Source of the DNA: Candidatus Babelota bacterium
Lineage (GTDB): Bacteria > Babelota > Babeliae > Babelales > CAIQNR01
Assembly (NCBI GenBank): GCA_965658655.1
Contig: CBFHTA010000001.1
Coordinates: forward strand, 40,722-104,721
Direction of reading: 5' to 3'
DNA: 64,000 bases
Position numbers and translations under genes: made by a program. This document shows, piece after piece, positions 46,169 to 56,559 of the stretch. Under the pieces are notes generated by a model that saw nothing but the letters and a program-made list of their open reading frames with translations, did not search any database and was not told where the DNA came from. The first letter of the stretch is position 1. Each line of letters starts with the position of its first letter.

Positions 46169-47293
46169 TTACTCACAAAAATACACATTAAGGAAATGAA
46201 TAACTGAATGCACTCCATATAATACTGCCACACTAACAAAACCCAATAAATAAAGCATTGTAGGAATTGTTAAAAAACCTGGGAGGGCCCCAATAAATAA
46301 CATTGCCAAATAAGGGATTTCTATACGCCACGATTTGGGACTATAATATGCTGCAATTAAACCTATATTTGAAAACAATAGAAAGTAATAAATGAGTATT
46401 CCTAATTTTGCGAACAATACTCGCAATACAAAATTAGGGCTGTAAAAACATAAATTTATAACTTCATTACGCAAAATAGATTCATAGTGTGAATTTAAAT
46501 ATACCGCCTGACCATCTATTTCTTTTACTCTTGCCATTGAACAACCATCGGAAAAATTAATATTCTTATTATTAGTAATAAATCCAAAACCCATATAAAT
46601 ATTATGCCAAAATGTATGTTGTAACTTTGCTTCTTTAAATACATACCGTTGCCTATGTAAATATTGATTGCGATGTTTTATTACATTATGTATATGCAAT
46701 TTAGCAGATCCTATTCCCAAAGTAAGCAAACTCAATAATAAAAAAGTTTTACGAGAAACCCTACAAGAACAAACAACAGCAACAATCGTACCTACTAGAA
46801 GAGGCAACCCCGAAAAACTTCTTACAAAATTACCATACTCAATTACCAAACCCACTAACAAACTATAAGCACAAAGACTTTTATAATATTTTTTTTCTAG
46901 CAAAAATAAAAACCAAGGGAAAAAGGAAACCGTAAAAAAATAAGTTACATAAACATCTGAAGACAACCATGCAACACCACCCAATCCACTTACACCAAAA
47001 AGCACTATGCTCTTACCAAGCAACGTTTTTGCTTGAGATAGAAGCGCTGTTCCTGCAAAAAAAACACCCGAAAAAACCTGTACTAAAAGAAACCACCAGG
47101 CAGCATCTAAAGCTGATAAATCAAAAAATGAAGCAAAGAGTGGAACGAAATAGAAAAGGCCGGCCTCTCCGCCAAAAGAATGTTCTACAGGAACCGGTTG
47201 AGTTTTTGCATATTTAAGAAGAGAAATCCCTGTTTGTTGATATAATGCCGTTGCCGCTTTAAGAATGCCAATTCGTATGGGCATAAGATTCAT
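46169..47293 (-). CDS. GT-C-like multi-pass membrane protein, family A copy 4
   Basis: GGEAGLFYFVP, RSFSGLP, FWHNIYMGFGF, FAKLG, LPGFLTIP. Confidence 0.6.
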   Translation of the reverse strand: MNLMPIRIGILKAATALYQQTGISLLKYAKTQPVPVEHSFGGEAGLFYFVPLFASFFDLSALDAAWWFLLVQVFSGVFFAGTALLSQAKTLLGKSIVLFGVSGLGGVAWLSSDVYVTYFFTVSFFPWFLFLLEKKYYKSLCAYSLLVGLVIEYGNFVRSFSGLPLLVGTIVAVVCSCRVSRKTFLLLSLLTLGIGSAKLHIHNVIKHRNQYLHRQRYVFKEAKLQHTFWHNIYMGFGFITNNKNINFSDGCSMARVKEIDGQAVYLNSHYESILRNEVINLCFYSPNFVLRVLFAKLGILIYYFLLFSNIGLIAAYYSPKSWRIEIPYLAMLFIGALPGFLTIPTMLYLLGFVSVAVLYGVHSVIHFLNVYFCE

Positions 47294-48230
47294 TACTTAG
47301 GTCTCCAGTTGTTTTTTCCACAATATAGAGTGGCCGCTGCTTTTGTTGCATATACATACGTCCAATATATTCACCTACAAGCCATGTAAGTAAAAATTGC
47401 ACTCCTGTAAAAATATAAATAATTGTAGTTAACCATTTAAAAAGTGGATAACGAGTTTGATAAAAAACTGCATCAAATGTTATATAACCTAACATAAAAA
47501 GACCTGTTGCGATTACAAAGGCCCCAATATAAGCCGCCAATTCTAAGGGGAAAAAAGAAAAACCCGTCAAACCGTCGAATCCCAGTTTGAAACTTTTTGC
47601 CCACGTATAACTAGGATTACCCGCTTGGCGTTCTTGTCTATTAAAATCAACAAAAGTATGTGTAAATCCCGTCCAAGCAACTAGTCCTCGCCAATAACGT
47701 GTAGGTTCTTGAGAAGAACTAATAGCATGTAAAACCTTTTTATCAATTAAACGAAAATCTCCTACATTACGTGGAATCTTTATTTCTGCTATAGCATGCA
47801 ATAACTTATAATAAAAATGAGCTACCGTATCTTTAAGCCATCCATCATTACGTGCCGTACGACGAGCATATACAATATAAAATCCAGCATCCCATTTTGT
47901 AAGCATTTCTAAAATTAAATTTGGAGGATCTTGCAGGTCAGCATCTAATGTTACAATAGCATCTCCTTTTGCAGCGTCATATCCAGCAGCAAGAGCCATC
48001 TGATGGCCAAAATTACGAGAAAATGAAATCCCCTTTATTCTTGAATTTTGCTTAGTAAAATCGCGAATAATACTCCAAGAATCATCTTTGCTACCATCAT
48101 TAACAAAGATAATCTCCCATTCATATTTTACAGCAATTTTTTCTGTTACTTGTTGAAGTTGACTATAAAGAGCAAACAGTGTTTCTTGCTCATTATAGAC
48201 AGGAATTACAATTGAAATACACTTGCTCAA
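47259..48230 (-). CDS. GT2 polyprenyl-phosphate glycosyltransferase (GtrB/ArnC-like)
   Basis: IVIPVYNE, NDGSKD, SRNFGHQ, DADLQDPP, GDFRL, 2 C-terminal TMs, RPLY; TTG start. Confidence 0.92.
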   Translation of the reverse strand: MSKCISIVIPVYNEQETLFALYSQLQQVTEKIAVKYEWEIIFVNDGSKDDSWSIIRDFTKQNSRIKGISFSRNFGHQMALAAGYDAAKGDAIVTLDADLQDPPNLILEMLTKWDAGFYIVYARRTARNDGWLKDTVAHFYYKLLHAIAEIKIPRNVGDFRLIDKKVLHAISSSQEPTRYWRGLVAWTGFTHTFVDFNRQERQAGNPSYTWAKSFKLGFDGLTGFSFFPLELAAYIGAFVIATGLFMLGYITFDAVFYQTRYPLFKWLTTIIYIFTGVQFLLTWLVGEYIGRMYMQQKQRPLYIVEKTTGDLSNESYAHTNWHS

Positions 48231-48239
48231 ACTCTTCTC

Positions 48240-49172
48240 CTAAAATCCTAGACGTTCATCAACAATATATAACGATCGCTTTTTTTGTCTAAAATAAATA
48301 TTTCCCACATATATACCAATGAACCACAACAATAAAAACTGAATCCCCATCGCCATATAGATTACTACTGAAAGCCATTTAAACAGAGGATAGTAAGCTC
48401 CGCGAACGCAAGTATCCCATACTATGTATGAAAACATAAATATCCCTGTTCCACAAACAAAAGTCCCCACATACGCAGCAATTTCTAGCGGGAAAAGAGA
48501 AAAACTTGTTAAACCATCAAACGCAAGTTTAATCAATTTTTTCCAGGTATAACCTGTCTCTCCCGCAATACGCTCTGGGCGCTTAAATTCTACAAAGGTA
48601 CTTTTAAAGCCGGTCCACGCAACAAGACCTCGCCAATAACGAGAGAGCTCTTTACACTTTTCAATTTCAGTAACCACTTTTTTATCTAAAAGCCTAAAAT
48701 CTCCTACGTTGCGAGGAATCTCAACTTCTGCAACCAACGATAGAAGCTTGTAGTAAAGTGCTGCGGTAGTATCTTTGAGAAAACCATCGTTACGAGCAAT
48801 TCGCCTAGCATAAACAATTAAAAATCCATTTTCCCATTGACGAATCATATCTAAAATAAGTTCTGGTGGGTCTTGTAAATCAGCATCAATCGTAATAACA
48901 ACATCTCCATGTGCTGCATCATGCCCTGCAGTTAAAGCCATTTGATAACCAAAATTTCGAGAAAATTTTATTCCTATAACATGTGTATCTTGAACAGCAA
49001 GACTCTGTATTAATTGCCAAGAAGAATCTATGCTACCATCATTAACAAATAAAAACTGATAATCATATCTACTTCTTACCCTTTTGAAGACTTCACTTAA
49101 AGTACGATATATTAATGGAATATTTTCTTCTTCATTATAAATGGGAATTACGACTGAGATGAGTTTCTTCAT
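48240..49172 (-). CDS. GT2 polyprenyl-phosphate glycosyltransferase (GtrB/ArnC-like)
   Basis: VVIPIYNEE, NDGSID, SRNFGYQ, DADLQDPPE, GDFRL. Confidence 0.92.
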   Translation of the reverse strand: MKKLISVVIPIYNEEENIPLIYRTLSEVFKRVRSRYDYQFLFVNDGSIDSSWQLIQSLAVQDTHVIGIKFSRNFGYQMALTAGHDAAHGDVVITIDADLQDPPELILDMIRQWENGFLIVYARRIARNDGFLKDTTAALYYKLLSLVAEVEIPRNVGDFRLLDKKVVTEIEKCKELSRYWRGLVAWTGFKSTFVEFKRPERIAGETGYTWKKLIKLAFDGLTSFSLFPLEIAAYVGTFVCGTGIFMFSYIVWDTCVRGAYYPLFKWLSVVIYMAMGIQFLLLWFIGIYVGNIYFRQKKRSLYIVDERLGF

Positions 49173-50130
49173 TACTCGTATTCATCCCTTTAAGATCTGT
49201 AGCGGATTTACCCACATACTCTTTCACTACATATAACGGCCGCTGTTTTAACTGAGAATAAATTCTACCAATATATTCCCCTAAAAGCCACATAAGTAAA
49301 AACTGCACACCAGTCGCTATATAGAGAATAACTGTTAACCATTTAAACAAAGGATAACGCGCATGATAAACAAAAGCATCAATCGTAATATAAGTAAACA
49401 TCAAAATACCCGTAGCAATTACAAAACTTCCAATATATGCAGCAATTTCCAAGGGGAAACGAGACAGGCTTGTAAGGCCATCAAAGGCTAATTTTACAAG
49501 ACGAAACCAATTATAACTCGAAGTGCCTTGAGAGCGATCAACAGAAACATAATTAACAAACGTGTAGCTAAATCCTGTCCAAGCTACAGTCCCCCTCATA
49601 TATGGTTCTCTATCTCGACATTGTTTTACTACCCGATGTACCTTTTTATCAATTAAACAAAAATCTGAAATATCCCCGGGCAAACGCACATCAGATACTT
49701 TATTTAGTAATTTATAATACAGTGTTCCTGTAATTTTTCTTAAAAAACCCTCTTGGCGATGAGATCGACGCCCGTAAACAATATCAAACCCTTTCTCCCA
49801 TTCTTTTATCATATCTGGCACTATGGTTGGTGGATGCTGCAGATCACCATCCATTACTACAACCGCATCTCCCTTTGCATAGTCATACCCAGCAGTAAGA
49901 GCCATTTGATACCCAAAATTCCGAGAAAAAGAAATACCTTCTACTCTAGAATCTTGTTTAATCAATGTTGTTATTTCATTCCAAGATTCATCAATGCTGC
50001 CGTCATCCACAAAAATTAATTGTAAGGTATTTTCTCTCTTTGTCTGTAAAACTCTGACCAACTCTTTATAAAGCTCCCTAATATTAAGCTCTTCGTTGCA
50101 AATCGGAACAATAATAGAAAGTATTTTCAT
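49135..50130 (-). CDS. GT2 polyprenyl-phosphate glycosyltransferase (GtrB/ArnC-like)
   Basis: IIVPICNEE, DDGSID, SRNFGYQ, DGDLQHPP, GEYIGRIY..RPLY. Confidence 0.92.
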   Translation of the reverse strand: MKILSIIVPICNEELNIRELYKELVRVLQTKRENTLQLIFVDDGSIDESWNEITTLIKQDSRVEGISFSRNFGYQMALTAGYDYAKGDAVVVMDGDLQHPPTIVPDMIKEWEKGFDIVYGRRSHRQEGFLRKITGTLYYKLLNKVSDVRLPGDISDFCLIDKKVHRVVKQCRDREPYMRGTVAWTGFSYTFVNYVSVDRSQGTSSYNWFRLVKLAFDGLTSLSRFPLEIAAYIGSFVIATGILMFTYITIDAFVYHARYPLFKWLTVILYIATGVQFLLMWLLGEYIGRIYSQLKQRPLYVVKEYVGKSATDLKGMNTSNEETHLSRNSHL

Positions 50131-50140
50131 ATCTATTTAG

Positions 50141-51526
50141 CTATTTTAAAAGAAGAAGATTGGGATATACTTCAGTGGGTTTATACCATTTTTTAATAAA
50201 AGCATCATTCTGCTCAAAACTACTCAAAACATAACTATCAATTAAAGTTGGCTTGTATTTTTTGATTATCTCTAAGGCATTGATCGGTTCACTGTATGTA
50301 TCAGCTACTTTACTATAAAGATTACTAAATTTATTAGGATAAAACCACACATAGCCAGGAGCATAATGAGGAAAGAAAAAATTATTGTTAGAGATAACGT
50401 AACTTTTTTCATCTAAAAATTGCTCACAATACAAATATTTTTTGTATTGTTGATAATAAGAAAGAGGTCTTAATGCTAATAAATGGAGAAAAGAAGGAAC
50501 CAATAAAATTACACAAAAAGCCTTCTTGTAAGATTCCTTTATCGACAAACATTCCATGCCTTGAGCCGCCAAGAGAGAACCTATAAAAATATACAACAAG
50601 TGATATTGGGGAGCTTCAGGAGCAAAAAAAGCTGCCAAACAAAAGGATGGGACCATAAGAATACTAAGCGTTATATACTGTTTTTTATTTTGAAATATCC
50701 CATAAATAACAAGTCCCCATAACATTTTATCCGCAAAAAAATAGTGTTGTACAAAATAAGGCAACTTAGAAAGCAACATAGACTTTACTGTTGGCGCAAG
50801 TAATCGATTAAAATCAAAATTGCTTATTTTATAACTCCATACTGCTTCAATACAATAAAGATAATACCCGTAGATACCTAAAGGTATTAAAAAAACAATA
50901 ATCCAATACGCTAGACCCTCTAAAGGTATGCTTCGATGAAAAACCAAACACAAAAGAACTATCCCTAGCACAACAAGAACTAATGATACTTTTTGAAGAG
51001 TTAAAAAAGATCCTGCAAGAAATACACCGCTTAAAAAAATATTTGTAAGCAAACGATTTTCTTTATAAGAAAGAAAATAATAGAGCCCCATACTAAAAAA
51101 ACTTAATTGTAAAAGATCTGGACGAACTTGACACCCTCCTTGAAAGAACCCTTTCCAACAAAACAAGAAAAAGGCCGCATACCAACTAACGATAGAACCC
51201 CCTACCAATGATCCTATACGAATGAGATATACAAGCTCAATGACAACTAACCCAAGAGACAATACTCTTGCAGCAAGTAATACAAAAAAAGAGTTACCTA
51301 AAAACCAGTATAAACTCGAATAAAGATAATGTGCCGAAATATGGTGGTGCTGAAAAAAGTCTTTATAGGGAAGTAATCCTTTATGTATAAACCATGCAGT
51401 GCGCATACACTCAAACTCATCCATACCAAAAGAGTAGAAAAGCGCTCCTATACAAAACAGAAAAATCTGAATACCTACCAATATTTTAATAAATTTCTCA
51501 ATTAAAAACTTATTAAAAACAATCAT
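50141..51526 (-). CDS. GT-C (ArnT/PMT-like) membrane glycosyltransferase, family B copy 2
   Basis: Loop-1 DE motif MDEFEC, G..PYKDFFQHHH, VRPD, many TMs, soluble C-terminal tail. Confidence 0.75.
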   Translation of the reverse strand: MIVFNKFLIEKFIKILVGIQIFLFCIGALFYSFGMDEFECMRTAWFIHKGLLPYKDFFQHHHISAHYLYSSLYWFLGNSFFVLLAARVLSLGLVVIELVYLIRIGSLVGGSIVSWYAAFFLFCWKGFFQGGCQVRPDLLQLSFFSMGLYYFLSYKENRLLTNIFLSGVFLAGSFLTLQKVSLVLVVLGIVLLCLVFHRSIPLEGLAYWIIVFLIPLGIYGYYLYCIEAVWSYKISNFDFNRLLAPTVKSMLLSKLPYFVQHYFFADKMLWGLVIYGIFQNKKQYITLSILMVPSFCLAAFFAPEAPQYHLLYIFIGSLLAAQGMECLSIKESYKKAFCVILLVPSFLHLLALRPLSYYQQYKKYLYCEQFLDEKSYVISNNNFFFPHYAPGYVWFYPNKFSNLYSKVADTYSEPINALEIIKKYKPTLIDSYVLSSFEQNDAFIKKWYKPTEVYPNLLLLK

Positions 51527-52923
51527 AAAGTACTCTCTCGCAAGACGTACACATTGGGGTATTCCTTAATAGGGGCATAATATTCATATAAAAAATCAAA
51601 AACCTCTTGCTGCCCCCACAGCTTTCCTTTTTGTACAACTTTAGGCCTTTTTTTAAGAATTTCTAAACAAGTCGCAGATGTTAAAGAAGAACATCTTTGA
51701 TAAACCTGCTTATCTCCTTTAAAATCTCCATGCCAAAAATAATCTGGACTCATTCTAAAATTAGCAATCATGTCATCTCCAAAGCACCAATCTTTTGTAT
51801 CAGAAAGAGACCTAAAATAAGATAGCTCTTTTAGCTGTTTCAGATTACCAAAAGAAATATTGCCCATTAATATTTTAAGATTTGGCAGTAATAAAAAAAG
51901 AGAAAACAAAGGAATTACTAAAACTTTATCTTTAATAACTTTTTGTAGCGCATAAGCTCCCACAATAGACATATAAGGTAATATCATTAACCAATAGTGT
52001 AGACCATCTATTTTCATTGCAATCACACTAATGCCTAATATTCCCATTAATACTATTAGTCTTTGTTCTTTTATTTTCATTAACCCCCATAAAAAAAAGA
52101 ACCATAACATATGGTTGCCGAGAAAAACTCTATTTATAAAAGTCCTTAAAAAAACTGCCCAACTCAACTTTTTAGACATTTCAGCATTGAATAAATAGTT
52201 GCATATCCAATAAAAATGAAATTCACCTTTAAATAAAAGGATTCCCCAATAACTTAAAATTGGCAAAGCATATATAATTGCCCATGTAATAATATCAAAA
52301 AAGGGAATTCTATTTTCCCTCCACTCAAAAAACAAAATAATAAGAACAAAAGCAGGCAATATAAAAGATTTTTGTAAAAACAGAAAGGACAAAGAATAGA
52401 GCAGCGCGCTTACGCAAAGATTCTTCTGCTTTTTATGCGCAAGATAAAAAAAGAAAAATAAAGATCCAAGGGTGGCAAGAGCAATCTGAGGGGTATCAGG
52501 CCGTATCTCAAACCCCGATACTGCTACCATATTCCAACCCATTAAAAGAACTACCGAAAGCAAACCTAGATACTTATCATACAAAACCCCCCCCAACAGA
52601 TAAGTGCTTATTAAAGTAATTAAGAAAAATAAAAAAGAAATTCCCCGTGCAAAAAAAAGAAATGCTTCCTCTCCTTGTATATGAGTAAACGGAGACAAGA
52701 TATAATAAAATAAAGGATGATGGTGCTGAAAAAAATCTCTATAAGGAACCATTCCTTGCGCTACAAGCCAACTTGATTTTAAACACTCCATTTCATCATA
52801 AATAAAACCTCTACGCAAAGAAGCCCCGAAAAAAATAATAGCTGACACCAACACTATCAGTTTAAGAAAAAATGTATCTAAATTTTTCTTAGAGAATATT
52901 GTCTTAGTCATTGATTTTTCCAT
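51523..52923 (-). CDS. GT-C (ArnT/PMT-like) membrane glycosyltransferase, family B copy 1
   Basis: YDEMEC, GMVPYRDFFQHHHP, IRPD, LQK. Confidence 0.75.
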   Translation of the reverse strand: MEKSMTKTIFSKKNLDTFFLKLIVLVSAIIFFGASLRRGFIYDEMECLKSSWLVAQGMVPYRDFFQHHHPLFYYILSPFTHIQGEEAFLFFARGISFLFFLITLISTYLLGGVLYDKYLGLLSVVLLMGWNMVAVSGFEIRPDTPQIALATLGSLFFFFYLAHKKQKNLCVSALLYSLSFLFLQKSFILPAFVLIILFFEWRENRIPFFDIITWAIIYALPILSYWGILLFKGEFHFYWICNYLFNAEMSKKLSWAVFLRTFINRVFLGNHMLWFFFLWGLMKIKEQRLIVLMGILGISVIAMKIDGLHYWLMILPYMSIVGAYALQKVIKDKVLVIPLFSLFLLLPNLKILMGNISFGNLKQLKELSYFRSLSDTKDWCFGDDMIANFRMSPDYFWHGDFKGDKQVYQRCSSLTSATCLEILKKRPKVVQKGKLWGQQEVFDFLYEYYAPIKEYPNVYVLRESTL

Positions 52924-54017
52924 TTATATAAAACATATAAACAACCAAAAAGACTATACATAACCGTAAGAGTAATAAATCCAATCAAATAAGGCGTCAC
53001 AGGAAGTGTTAAAATCCCAGGAAGAGCACTGACCCCTAAAGCAACTAAGAAAGATAATTCTATTGAAAGAGATTTAGGGTAAAACCAAGAACAAATCAAC
53101 CCTACAAAACCAAAATAGAGTAAAAAATAATAGAAAATGACACCAATTTTAGCAAAAATAGTTGTCGCAATAAAATAGCGCTTTTCTCTACACAGTCTAA
53201 AAACTTCATCTTTAATAGTTTTCTCGTAAAGCGAAGAAGGGTATCTTGCTTTTGAATTAATCTCAAGAGCCCTTTTTGCTCCACACGTGTCAGACCACAC
53301 TATATTTTCATTATTATTTAAAAACCCTAACCCAACATAAATATTATGCCAAAAAACATGCGATTTATTATAATCCATAGAAATATTATTTTTGACTAAA
53401 AATCTACTTCTTTCATTCAAATAATAACTATAATGCGCCCAAGGAAGAGAATATCCTAAAATAAAGAAAACAATGAAAATTAATTTAGTTTTTTTCTGAA
53501 ACTTAACACTTAACAATAAATAAACCCCCACAAAAACATATAAAGGCAAAGCCGAAAAGATTCTTACATTATCTGCAAAAGAACCCATTAAACCGACCAA
53601 GAAAGCACTTAACCAAAAAACATATTTTGAAAAATACATATCTGCATAGAGTAATAAGGCCAAAGGAGCTATCGGCAACATATATATAGAATAAATATGA
53701 CTTAAATATCTAAATGGCATCGCAAGACGCCCTAGAAAAAGCACTACTAATACATACTCTACATAACTCGTCGCCATACAAAAAAAAGAGCCGCCAATTA
53801 ATAATAAAGAAACAGCAAAAGTACAATAAAAAAAGCACCAAGAAGCTTGCACAGGAGAAAGCACAAACCAATTACTCAAAATAGTACAATAAAAAAAATA
53901 CCCTACATCATCGGCAGCGCTAGGAATTTTATACCCATTAATATCTCGAGTTAAAAAATAAATGCCCGTTTCTTTAAAAGTAGTTAAGATTTTCTTTAAA
54001 GGGTCAATTCTATTCAT
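52908..54017 (-). CDS. GT-C-like multi-pass membrane protein, family A copy 3
   Basis: ADDVGYFF, RIFSALP, HVFWHNIYVGLGF, SDTCG, FAKIG, LPGILTLP; ATG 54017. Confidence 0.6.
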   Translation of the reverse strand: MNRIDPLKKILTTFKETGIYFLTRDINGYKIPSAADDVGYFFYCTILSNWFVLSPVQASWCFFYCTFAVSLLLIGGSFFCMATSYVEYVLVVLFLGRLAMPFRYLSHIYSIYMLPIAPLALLLYADMYFSKYVFWLSAFLVGLMGSFADNVRIFSALPLYVFVGVYLLLSVKFQKKTKLIFIVFFILGYSLPWAHYSYYLNERSRFLVKNNISMDYNKSHVFWHNIYVGLGFLNNNENIVWSDTCGAKRALEINSKARYPSSLYEKTIKDEVFRLCREKRYFIATTIFAKIGVIFYYFLLYFGFVGLICSWFYPKSLSIELSFLVALGVSALPGILTLPVTPYLIGFITLTVMYSLFGCLYVLYKWKNQ

Positions 54018-55149
54018 ACAACTGCTCCCCACAATCTAAAAACCCATTATTGAAGGCATGCAGAGAAGAGTAAATGACATATACAAAAGTCATAGAAATA
54101 AAACCAGTGAGATAAGAAGCTACAGGAACGGTTAGTATTCCAGGCAACGCGCTTACTCCGAGACCAATAATGAAAGCACATTCCTCATGCCAAGGCTTGG
54201 GGTAAAAATAGCTTAACAGCAAGCCGACCCAACCAAAACACCATAAAAAGAAGAAAAAGACAACTCCCAGCTTTGCAAATAAAGAAGTAAAAACAAAATG
54301 TCTATCTTGCATCAACAAATCAAAAGTAAGTTCTTTAACCATCTTTTCATACCGTTCATTACCATATCTAATAGTAGGGTCTACTTTTTGAGCAGCCAAT
54401 CTCCCACTTGTGTCCGAATACTCTATATTGTAGTGATTTCGAATGAATCCTAACCCAATATAAATATTGTGCCAAAATCCTTTTTGAGGAGCCTGAATAC
54501 GAACATTCTCTACATGTGTTTTTAAAAATTCTTGAGACTTTTTTTGCTCATATAAAAAATGGCCATTAATAAAACTATAACTAAGGGCAAAAAAGAAAAG
54601 AGCTATGATTTTTTGTTTATAATTAAATGACTTAGAAAAAAAACCTAAAACAAGACATGCCAAAACAGCGGGTAGAGCAGAAAAACCCCTTACTAAATTT
54701 GCTACTGCAGAAATAAAGCCTATCAAAAAAGCGCCCCCAAACAACCAATAGGTTTTCTTTGTTTTTAGTACTGCTAACAATAAAGGAATTACTGATACCG
54801 CAAGAAAATAAGCCATATAAACATCATAAGCCTGTAACAAAAATTTACATTGAAAAACAAACAGGAAAAAAGTAACCACCAAACCTTTTAATGTTTTTGA
54901 GATATACAAAAAAGAAATCATCATCAGGATATAAGAAAGAGCCGCCATCCCTAGAATAAAAAAATGAGCTGCATTTAAAATATTACACCCAAACCAATAA
55001 GAAAGCATAGGCACATATAAAAACAAGCCAAAGTCATCAAAGCCCATAAATGGAGCATATCCTGAATCATTACAAATTACCCAATATACCCCTATTTTTT
55101 TAAAGCAATTATAAAGAGCTATCAAAGTGGTTTTACGCGCCCCAATCAT
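54010..55149 (-). CDS. GT-C-like multi-pass membrane protein, family A copy 2
   Basis: FDDFGLFLYVP, RGFSALP, FWHNIYIGLGF, SDTSG, FAKLG, LPGILTVP. Confidence 0.6.
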   Translation of the reverse strand: MIGARKTTLIALYNCFKKIGVYWVICNDSGYAPFMGFDDFGLFLYVPMLSYWFGCNILNAAHFFILGMAALSYILMMISFLYISKTLKGLVVTFFLFVFQCKFLLQAYDVYMAYFLAVSVIPLLLAVLKTKKTYWLFGGAFLIGFISAVANLVRGFSALPAVLACLVLGFFSKSFNYKQKIIALFFFALSYSFINGHFLYEQKKSQEFLKTHVENVRIQAPQKGFWHNIYIGLGFIRNHYNIEYSDTSGRLAAQKVDPTIRYGNERYEKMVKELTFDLLMQDRHFVFTSLFAKLGVVFFFFLWCFGWVGLLLSYFYPKPWHEECAFIIGLGVSALPGILTVPVASYLTGFISMTFVYVIYSSLHAFNNGFLDCGEQLYE

Positions 55150-56528
55150 CTTATTTTCTCTCTTAATATTCGTTTGCTATAGAAGTAATTTATTAAATAA
55201 GCCACAAAAAAAGACATAATCCAAAAATGTACTACTACATAACGATCTTCTATATGAGAGAGAAGAGCTATAGGGATCGACCAAATACAAGTTAAGAGCA
55301 ATAATACCTGGAAATAATATTTATCTTTTAGTGCAAGGGCCATTCCTATATATCCCACAAAAAAATAAAGTCGAATATAAACTGTCCTAAAGAAAAAATC
55401 TAATAATACCTGCGGAGAAGAGAATAACAGTAGCTTGTTCCAAGCGGTCATTGCTCCTTGATACAAGGCTGGATCATAATCAAACCATGTAAAATTCCAA
55501 CATAAAAGCCTTATTATTCGTTTTGGTATATTCCCCAACACAAACAAAGGGTCATCTTTAAAGTAATTCCAAAACATTTTTTTTGCTGCGTCATCAAAAG
55601 AAACCGTCCCTAAAGAAAAAGGTATTTGTTTTGCAGCCCAAGAATCTTGAGTGATTACACCCCACTTATTAGGGAACTCACCTAAACCATTTAAAAGTGC
55701 CAATCCTATAGGCCCCACAAAATATCGTCCATAAAAAAACTTATTAAATAAGCAAAAAGGTACCCAAAAAAATATGACCTGACTTATGATAAGAATTAAC
55801 CCCAGTAATCTAAATTTTGAGCTTCTATTATTAAAATTTGAGAATAAAAGATAGAAACTCGTTCCTAAAACTACAAAGAAAAGCGTGCTTCTTATCCATT
55901 GAATTAACGCTAGGGCAAGCCCTATTAAAAAGTATAATTTAACATCTTTTCGATCACAGGCACATTTAGCAACCACATAAAGTAGCAATACTATTCCATA
56001 ATAAACCCAAATATCATTTCTCCCCTGAATAGCCGTATAAAGCAAAGGGAAAAAGGCTAAATTACTTAGACATGTAAAAAAAGCAATCTCATAACTATGA
56101 AATAGTAAAAGAGCAATTTCATAAAGAAAAATAAAGGATAAAGCAAACAAAAAAATTTCTAATAATTGAACTTGATAAAAAGAAGGCGAACCTGTAAATT
56201 TCCATAATAGCCCAGCAACAAATGAAAAACCGATTGTCTCCACAATTGAATGATTACCTATAACCTTTCCGCTTGATGGCGTTCGAGACTCAATTTTACC
56301 ATCTTTCCAATACAGATCTTTTTCATACCAATAAAAAAGAGAATCGTGTTTGAAAAAGTTATAGGCAGAAATGTAATACCCTAAACAATAATGTTTATTG
56401 TAATTCACCCATTTATAGTTACACTTAACTCCCCAATACACAAAAGAACATGAAGCTAGCAAAGTTAAAACAAAAAATATAACTTTTATATTGAACTTAC
56501 TAGTAAAATTATTCTTAACTATCCACAT
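55146..56528 (-). CDS. GT-C-like membrane glycosyltransferase, family C copy 2
   Basis: ETIGFSFVAGLLWKFTGS, QWIRST, FWVP..FNK..GRYF, SHIEDRY. Confidence 0.6.
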   Translation of the reverse strand: MWIVKNNFTSKFNIKVIFFVLTLLASCSFVYWGVKCNYKWVNYNKHYCLGYYISAYNFFKHDSLFYWYEKDLYWKDGKIESRTPSSGKVIGNHSIVETIGFSFVAGLLWKFTGSPSFYQVQLLEIFLFALSFIFLYEIALLLFHSYEIAFFTCLSNLAFFPLLYTAIQGRNDIWVYYGIVLLLYVVAKCACDRKDVKLYFLIGLALALIQWIRSTLFFVVLGTSFYLLFSNFNNRSSKFRLLGLILIISQVIFFWVPFCLFNKFFYGRYFVGPIGLALLNGLGEFPNKWGVITQDSWAAKQIPFSLGTVSFDDAAKKMFWNYFKDDPLFVLGNIPKRIIRLLCWNFTWFDYDPALYQGAMTAWNKLLLFSSPQVLLDFFFRTVYIRLYFFVGYIGMALALKDKYYFQVLLLLTCIWSIPIALLSHIEDRYVVVHFWIMSFFVAYLINYFYSKRILREKIR

Positions 56529-56559
56529 TGCTTACCTCACAAGTCTAAGTTCTTTGCTG

